Positions 58,009 to 64,000 of a stretch of 64,000 nt of DNA are shown one piece after another (position 1 is the first letter of the stretch; the number at the start of each line of letters is the position of its first letter). This stretch comes from Candidatus Thorarchaeota archaeon. GTDB taxonomy: Archaea > Asgardarchaeota > Thorarchaeia > Thorarchaeales > Thorarchaeaceae. Where the stretch lies: the NCBI GenBank assembly GCA_016933575.1, contig JAFGAR010000051.1, forward strand, positions 1 to 64,000, written 5' to 3'. Under the pieces are notes generated by a model. It ran no database searches. It worked only from the letters and a program-made list of their open reading frames with translations, and was not told the DNA's origin. The position numbers and the translations under genes are program-made.

Positions 58009-58506
58009 TCATGCAGCGACCTGTACCATTTCTCTTAGCCCATTGACAATTAGTTTGTACCCATTTAGGCGTTGTTTTGGATCAACTGCAATCATTCCAT
58101 ATGTCGGTACTCCTAACAAGTCTTGAACAGACTCCGGTCTCATGGAACCGGGAATGTCCTGTTTATTTGCAACGGCTATCACTTTCATTCCACTAAGCTG
58201 GTCCTTGTACTTCTCTAGTAGTTGACGTGTCTTCAAAACGGCCTTGGGATTGCTTTCAGTCACAACAACGACCATAGTGCTACCTCTCATGAAGTCAGGC
58301 CAAAGAAACTCGAAATGTGTCTGTCCACCCATCTCAATGAGTGAAACTTTTGTATTGGCATCAATTGTAATAGTCCCGCAGTTCATGCCCGGAGTTGGTT
58401 GATAATTGCATTCTAGCTTCTCAACTCTATCGGTAAGAAGCTTGATCAGAGTAGATTTCCCTGCGTAACCGGATCCCATGAGGGCAACCTTGACATATTC
58501 GGTCAT
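58009..58506 (-). CDS. Small Ras/Arf-like GTPase
   Basis: G1 GSGYAGKS, G2 PT, G3 EMGGQ, G4 NKQD. Confidence 0.85.
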   Translation of the reverse strand: MTEYVKVALMGSGYAGKSTLIKLLTDRVEKLECNYQPTPGMNCGTITIDANTKVSLIEMGGQTHFEFLWPDFMRGSTMVVVVTESNPKAVLKTRQLLEKYKDQLSGMKVIAVANKQDIPGSMRPESVQDLLGVPTYGMIAVDPKQRLNGYKLIVNGLREMVQVAA

Positions 58507-58691
58507 GAGAGTTAACTCCGAGTGTGACTTGTTCAGTTGATGTATAGGTTAGAGTATTTCCTAGGTAACACTCGTTAACAGGACGGTCGCCCTCTAAAAG
58601 AGGTACTTAAGAATACTGAAATAGATGCCGCTTTGGCGCGATAGAAGCCCTTAACAAGAGATTGAGATTCGCAAGGAGTAGAGCTGATAAG

Positions 58692-59684
58692 ATGTCTTGC
58701 GATGGGCCTGCTACAGTAGAAATTGCAGAGGGCGCTCTAGCTAGACTTGGTCAGATACTAGAGGAATATACCTGTCCACTGTGTGTCAGCGATGAACAGA
58801 TACATTCTGTCTACTCTAGAGATTTAGAAGAGATCATTGGAAAACCATGTAAATGGATGATGGCTGCACACTATTCGCATAATGCTATCCAATCATTTGA
58901 TGGGTTTGATGTTGTTATTGGGTTTGGAGGTGGTGCAAGCCTTGATGTTGCAAAATTGATAGCCAGAAATACCGGCTTAGGTTGGATTTCAGTTCCTACA
59001 GCAGCATCCCATGACGGGATTGCAAGCGAGGTTGCCTCTGTTAGTCAGGATGGATACAAGTATTCTGAAAAATGCAAGGGACCTCTGGCGGTCATTGCAG
59101 ACATCTCCATAATCTCGAAAGCGCCTCCGAGGCTTAAACTGGCGGGTCTTGGTGATATTATATGCAAGACTTCAAGTCTAGCTGAATGGAAACTAGCACA
59201 CGAGGTCAAAGATGAACCATTTGATGACCATGTATACTCTCTTGTTGATAGAGCACTCGACTCAGTCCTAGCAGATGATAGTTTTGAAACACTAATTCAG
59301 GCAGAGATTGATGCTGGACGTGCCATGAGTATATTTGGTAGTTCAAGACCTTGTTCAGGTACTGAACATGCGATTTCACATGCTATGGATCGTACCTGTA
59401 CTGAACTTCATGGTCTCCAAGTGGCATTTGCTACACCATTGTGCTTACATTATCTCCATGAAGTAGGTTATACAAAATATACGCCTAGCATGATTCACGA
59501 GTATATGACGCATAGAGAGATGCCAACCACATTTCAAGAGATTGGGGTCACAAAGGCATCATTCTTCGATGATGTCCATCACGCATTAAGGATAATGAAT
59601 AAGAGAGAGAGATACTCGGTCTTGGATCATTTTAACGTAGATGATGCTAATCTTTCTAATGTGTTGCAAAGTCTAGGGTATTGA
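58692..59684 (+). CDS. egsA: sn-glycerol-1-phosphate dehydrogenase
   Basis: GGG..LDVAK, PTAASHDGIAS, SSRPCSG.EH.ISHA, HG.QVA. Confidence 0.88.
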   Translation: MSCDGPATVEIAEGALARLGQILEEYTCPLCVSDEQIHSVYSRDLEEIIGKPCKWMMAAHYSHNAIQSFDGFDVVIGFGGGASLDVAKLIARNTGLGWISVPTAASHDGIASEVASVSQDGYKYSEKCKGPLAVIADISIISKAPPRLKLAGLGDIICKTSSLAEWKLAHEVKDEPFDDHVYSLVDRALDSVLADDSFETLIQAEIDAGRAMSIFGSSRPCSGTEHAISHAMDRTCTELHGLQVAFATPLCLHYLHEVGYTKYTPSMIHEYMTHREMPTTFQEIGVTKASFFDDVHHALRIMNKRERYSVLDHFNVDDANLSNVLQSLGY

Positions 59685-59756
59685 CGGTTCGACAGTTTTA
59701 AAAGAAATCAAATAGACGGCGCAGGAGAGCCTGTTTCTAATGAAATGGGTTCAAGA

Positions 59757-59782
59757 TACCGATGAAGAGATAAACTGAGGTA
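59757..59782 (+). promoter_or_regulatory. Kink-turn in the rpl7Ae 5' UTR (autoregulatory site)
   Basis: TACC-GAT-GA-AG...CT-GA-GGTA, overlapping the SD-like GAGGT. Confidence 0.75.
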
Positions 59783-59789
59783 ATTACCA

Positions 59790-60161
59790 ATGCCTAAACC
59801 AAGTTTTGTAGAATGGGAGCCCACTGAGGAGCTTCAGAAGAAAGCTCTTGAGGCTCTGGAAATAGCTAAAGACACAGGGCGAATAAAGAAAGGAATCAAC
59901 GAGGCAACTAAGAGCATCGAGCGCGGAATTGCTCGTCTTGTTGTTATTGCAGAGGATGTTGAACCTCCTGAGATTATCATGTACCTTCCCGGTCTTTGTG
60001 ACGACAAGAAAGCCCCCTATATCTTTGTAAAGAACAAGGCGGATCTTGGCAAAGCCGCTGGGATTGAAAGACCTACTGCAGCAATTGCAATCGTTGTCGA
60101 TGGCAAAGCAAAGGGTCTGATTGATGATATTGTTGAGAAGATCAACGGTCTCCGAAAGTAA
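59790..60161 (+). CDS. rpl7ae: Ribosomal protein L7Ae
   Basis: KKG.NEATK.IERG.A.LVVIAEDVEP. Confidence 0.97.
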   Translation: MPKPSFVEWEPTEELQKKALEALEIAKDTGRIKKGINEATKSIERGIARLVVIAEDVEPPEIIMYLPGLCDDKKAPYIFVKNKADLGKAAGIERPTAAIAIVVDGKAKGLIDDIVEKINGLRK

Positions 60162-60181
60162 AATTCAGGTGATGACTTTCG

Positions 60182-60406
60182 ATGAGTAAAGAAGAAGAAG
60201 TGACTCAATCCATTCCTGCAGAAGTGATTCAACTCCTAGGAAGAACTGGAGTAACTGGAGAAATCACTCAAGTCCGAGTCAAGATACTGGATGGCAGGGA
60301 TAAGGGAAGAGTCCTGACTCGAAACGTTAAGGGACCTGTGAGAGATGGCGACATACTCATTCTCAGAGAGACTGAGCGTGAAGCCCGTAAAATGAGGAGG
60401 CGCTAG
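60182..60406 (+). CDS. rps28e: Ribosomal protein S28e
   Basis: [27 protein letters not shown]. Confidence 0.97.
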   Translation: MSKEEEVTQSIPAEVIQLLGRTGVTGEITQVRVKILDGRDKGRVLTRNVKGPVRDGDILILRETEREARKMRRR

Positions 60407-60408
60407 TC

Positions 60409-60609
60409 GTGGTTGGTACACAGAAGTGCTCGTTCTGCGGAAAGGATATTGAGCCTGGAACGGGTTCAGCCTTTGTTCAAACAAAGGACGGATCTGTCTT
60501 TTGGTTTTGCTCAAATAAATGCAAAGTCAACAGAGTAAAGCGCCGAATGAAGCCTAGAGATACTAAATGGACTGCTGGCTATGAAAAAGGCGGCAAAGTA
60601 TCACGCTAG
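60409..60609 (+). CDS. rpl24e: Ribosomal protein L24e
   Basis: CSFCG..IEPGTG, FCS.KC, KWT. Confidence 0.96.
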   Translation: MVGTQKCSFCGKDIEPGTGSAFVQTKDGSVFWFCSNKCKVNRVKRRMKPRDTKWTAGYEKGGKVSR

Positions 60610-60662
60610 GGAGATATTTGTATAACTGGAACTCTAAGGTGGTAAAGACCCACCTTAGATTT

Positions 60663-61328
60663 CTACTCTACTTTTTCGACTTCTTCTTTGATAAAATCGA
60701 AGACTGCCTTAGCAAGCATGTCTGTTTCTTGTTTACTTATTCCTTCAGCGTCTCTACTGAACAGGTCTTGCAATGTTTGAAGAACATCATTTGAAACATC
60801 TCGATGCTCAATTGCATTCTTTACAACATCTCGGAGATTGGAGGTATAATCTGCATCACCAAAGATATGTTGTTGAATATACTTGAGAGCTTTTTCGTGA
60901 GCTTCTGATGACTCCTGTAATCCGCCTTTAGTCGTCCATAAATCAATCTCTGAAACTGCAGTTTCAGGGGCATCTGAGGCATGGGCAATGTTAATTCCCG
61001 CCCAGATTCCATACTTACCTCTTAGTGAGTCGGGCGTTGCCTTTTGCACAAATGTTGCCCCAAGGGCATCACGAACACCTTGAATCACACCTTCTGCTTC
61101 AAAAATCATAGCTAGAACTGGAGCAGAAGAAAGGAAATCTACAAGCCAAGGAAAGAAGGGCTTCTCTGCGTGAACTGCATAGTGCAACTTTGCCAAGGAT
61201 TCTGGTACTTTCATTTCACGAAAGGCTACAAGTCTGTAACCACGATCAATAAGTGCCTTTAGTACTAATGCACTTACTCGACGTCTTACTGTACCATCGG
61301 GTTTAATGATAACAAAGGAACGTTCCAA
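60663..61328 (-). CDS. ndk: Nucleoside diphosphate kinase with C-terminal extension
   Basis: IIKPDG, HY..H..KPFF, SLRG.YG, N..HASD. Confidence 0.9.
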   Translation of the reverse strand: MERSFVIIKPDGTVRRRVSALVLKALIDRGYRLVAFREMKVPESLAKLHYAVHAEKPFFPWLVDFLSSAPVLAMIFEAEGVIQGVRDALGATFVQKATPDSLRGKYGIWAGINIAHASDAPETAVSEIDLWTTKGGLQESSEAHEKALKYIQQHIFGDADYTSNLRDVVKNAIEHRDVSNDVLQTLQDLFSRDAEGISKQETDMLAKAVFDFIKEEVEKVE

Positions 61329-61511
61329 ATTGATTCACCTATTGTCTTGATATGAGAGGGTGGTCTACACTGATTTCGCGGAAAACTATAGGGAATATAA
61401 CACATTTCATTTAGCAAAAGAATACGAAAACATCAAAGAGTTCTATGGTTAAAACGACACTTTCTTAACGATTTCACCATGACCTCAAACAATTCGTTGT
61501 GAGGTGCTCCC

Positions 61512-63293
61512 ATGACATCGGCCAAGAAATTGCGTTCCCCGATTGTGACTGTATTAGGCCACATTGACCATGGTAAGACCTCTCTTCTTGATAAGATGCG
61601 AGGCACTGGTGTTCAAGATAGAGAGGCAGCAGGAATTACACAACATATTGGAGCATCGTTCTTCCCAACTGAAACTCTCCTCTCAATATGTGGAAACCTT
61701 CTCAAGACTGTAAAGACTGAGTTGACTATTGATGGCCTATTATTTATTGATACGCCAGGTCATGAGGCATATCTGAATCTAAGACGAAGAGGTGGTGCGA
61801 TAGCTGATATTGCTATCCTTGTTGTTGACATCAACGAAGGACCTCTTACGCAATCATATGAATCCTTGAAGATTCTCCGCTCTGGTAAGACCCCATTTCT
61901 GATTGCAGCAAACAAACTGGACAAAGTACCAGGATGGAGAGATAAAGAGGGACTATCCCTTGTTGAAGCAATAAAAGCACAGAATACAAGTACGCAGACA
62001 GAGATTGATAGAAGAATCTACGAGATTGTTGGCGCATTATCAGCAAATGGTATTCAGTCTGAAAGATATGATCGGGTCACAGATTTTCAGAAGACTGTAG
62101 CAATAGTGCCTACCAGTGCAAAAACAGGAACAGGTATTCCTGAACTACTCATGGTCCTTGCAGGGCTTACTCAACAGTATATGAAGGAAAGACTAGCTGT
62201 TTCGGAGGGCCCAGCAAGAGGTGCAATTCTCGAAGTCAGGGAAGAAACTGGCCTTGGTCTTACTCTTGACACTATTATCTATGACGGCGTTCTGAATAAG
62301 ACGGATACCATAGTAGTGGGCGGACTTTCAGGAGTGATTGTGGCAAAAATTCGAGCCTTGCTCTTACCAAAACCCCTTGACGAGATTCGAGACCCCAGAG
62401 AGAAGTTCACACATGTTGATGTGGTCCATGCGGCAGCTGGTGTAAAGATTGTTGCACCAGATGTCGAGGGAGCTATTGCTGGGGCGCCAGTCTATGCAGT
62501 TTCAAATCCTGAGGACCTTGAGAGGATAAAACAGAAGGTGAAGGATGAAGTTGGTGCAATACGCATTCAGACCAACAAATCTGGTATTGTTCTAAAGACT
62601 GATACACTTGGCTCATTGGAAGCAGTCACAAAATTCCTACAAGATCGAGATGTACCAGTACGCGCCGCAGATGTAGGTCCGATTGTAAAACGGGATGTTA
62701 TTGAGGGACAGGCATCTGGAGATGGAGACCCACTTAATGCAGTAGTGCTTGGTTTTAATGTCAAGATTTCTCCAGAGATTGAGGATTTAGCGGCTGAATT
62801 GGGAGTAGAGATATTCAGAAATGAAGTAATCTATCGACTTTATGATGATTATAATGCATGGCTTATCGTTAAACGAGAACAGGCAAAAGCATCGTCTCTA
62901 AGTTCGATCATCAAACCCGGAAAGATTGATCTTATTCCTGACTATGTCTTCAGACATAATAATCCAGCTGTAGTCGGAGTTCGGGTGCATGGTACAATTA
63001 AACCGAGAACTGGACTAATCAATGAGGAAGGAAAGAGAATAGGTACTATTCTTCAGATACAGGATCGTAGTGTTTCAATCGATGAGGCCACAGATGGTAT
63101 GGAAGTTGCAGTATCGATACGTGGACCCACGATTGGAAGACAGGTCAAAGATGATGAGATTCTGTACGTGGATATACCAGACAAACAGATACTTGCAATT
63201 CGTAAGAAGTTCCTTGATGATCTCTCAGGCCCTGAGAAAGAAGTCCTAGATGAACTTACCACAATCAAGAGAGCAGCTGGCTCTTTTGTGTAG
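61512..63293 (+). CDS. infB: Translation initiation factor aIF5B (IF-2)
   Basis: GHIDHGKT, ITQHIGA, DTPGHE, NKLD. Confidence 0.97.
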   Translation: MTSAKKLRSPIVTVLGHIDHGKTSLLDKMRGTGVQDREAAGITQHIGASFFPTETLLSICGNLLKTVKTELTIDGLLFIDTPGHEAYLNLRRRGGAIADIAILVVDINEGPLTQSYESLKILRSGKTPFLIAANKLDKVPGWRDKEGLSLVEAIKAQNTSTQTEIDRRIYEIVGALSANGIQSERYDRVTDFQKTVAIVPTSAKTGTGIPELLMVLAGLTQQYMKERLAVSEGPARGAILEVREETGLGLTLDTIIYDGVLNKTDTIVVGGLSGVIVAKIRALLLPKPLDEIRDPREKFTHVDVVHAAAGVKIVAPDVEGAIAGAPVYAVSNPEDLERIKQKVKDEVGAIRIQTNKSGIVLKTDTLGSLEAVTKFLQDRDVPVRAADVGPIVKRDVIEGQASGDGDPLNAVVLGFNVKISPEIEDLAAELGVEIFRNEVIYRLYDDYNAWLIVKREQAKASSLSSIIKPGKIDLIPDYVFRHNNPAVVGVRVHGTIKPRTGLINEEGKRIGTILQIQDRSVSIDEATDGMEVAVSIRGPTIGRQVKDDEILYVDIPDKQILAIRKKFLDDLSGPEKEVLDELTTIKRAAGSFV

Positions 63294-63342
63294 TTCTGAC
63301 AGCATCAACAATGTTTTTAGGATAACTCTAGAAGCTTCAGAT

Positions 63343-63659
63343 TGCGATGGGAAGGGCCGGGTCGTTTGCCGCGACCTGTCACCGGTAATGGCAATAACCG
63401 GGGCCAGTAACCAACCTTGCGGATGAACCGGGACACCGGTGGGTCCAGTTGCAGGACGTTGACGTGCGGTCTTTGGAGTCTGTCACGGACATAGCAGCAT
63501 TCGTAGGTTTGCTGTAAGTGATCTCAAACTTCCGAAATGGGTCAGGCCCTGGCGGGAACAGCCCTAAGGGAGAGTGGTGGAGCCCCAGAGAGTGCCGCAT
63601 TGAGAAATGCACTGATTTGCTCTCCGGCAACCGACATTCAAAACAGAGGGACCATCGCA
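63343..63659 (+). ncRNA. ffs: Archaeal SRP (7S) RNA
   Basis: Terminal TGCGATGG/CCATCGCA pairing, Alu-like 5' hairpins, helix 6 with GTAG loop, helix 8 GGGTCAGGCCC-TGGC-GGGAACAGCCC; ~315 nt, GC-rich. Confidence 0.85.
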
Positions 63660-63682
63660 CCTTCTATGATTTATCGGAATTG

Positions 63683-64000
63683 CTAGAGATTTTGTTCAGC
63701 TTGAGTCACAATATTCTTGTAGACTACATGAATGAATTGCTTATCAAACTCGTATTCTTCTTCTAACATCGCATCCTTCTCAGTCTGATTAAAATACTTC
63801 ATCGCTGATTTGAAGAAGACCTTGTCTTCTTTCTCAATATGCTTTGGATAGAAGTTCACAAGTTGGTTCATGATGTTAACTATTTCTTCAAGTGCTGCTT
63901 TATCCCCCAATTCGTACTTTTTCTTTGCTGCAACTAAGCGCCCAGTCAGATCTCTCCCATGCACATGCTCATTTATCAGTTCATTCATAATTCGCTGGTC
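63683..64000 (-). CDS. Hemerythrin/HHE domain protein (5' part outside the window)
   Basis: EH..GR, YPKHIEKEDKVFF. Confidence 0.82.
   Translation of the reverse strand, partial: DQRIMNELINEHVHGRDLTGRLVAAKKKYELGDKAALEEIVNIMNQLVNFYPKHIEKEDKVFFKSAMKYFNQTEKDAMLEEEYEFDKQFIHVVYKNIVTQAEQNL

Noticed and set aside
63379-63766. ORFs 63379-63660 (-) and 63518-63766 (+); the region was also considered as RNase P RNA
   Set aside because: They overlap the structured RNA; helix 6/8 and Alu features fit SRP, and the RNase P GAGGAAAGTCC-type motif is absent

Overview
This is a 64 kb archaeal chromosomal window, most likely from an Asgard archaeon (Thorarchaeia-like). That assignment is inferred from eukaryote-like STT3, DC2/OSTC-like, PAC4-like, SWS1-like and small-GTPase genes alongside PolD and archaeal ribosomal operons. 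From about 12 kb to 64 kb the window is mostly core genes: glyA, abfD, the sec61β-rpl44e-rps27e-eIF2α-nop10 cluster, aglB/STT3, gcvT/H, folP/mptE, topA, XPD, radB, carS, DP2, RPA, sufS, Lhr, an archaeal mevalonate operon, the rpoD-rps2 operon, egsA, rpl7Ae-infB, tRNA-Pro and SRP RNA. The most notable structure lies in the accessory region from about 4 to 12 kb. A minus-strand tRNA-Lys(CTT) with two non-canonical BHB introns (9367-9502) has a train of degenerate copies of its own 3' exon downstream (at ~7786, ~6838, ~6004 and possibly ~4896). Each copy separates exactly one unrelated gene, and no integrase is present in the window. This resembles a tRNA-anchored, integron-like single-gene cassette array. 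The tRNA promoter and 5' end are also duplicated on the other side. A second oddity is a free-standing multi-HTH/LAGLIDADG gene with mosaic GC content and a flanking 12-bp direct repeat. All calls come from reading the sequence and recalling motifs; no searches were run.
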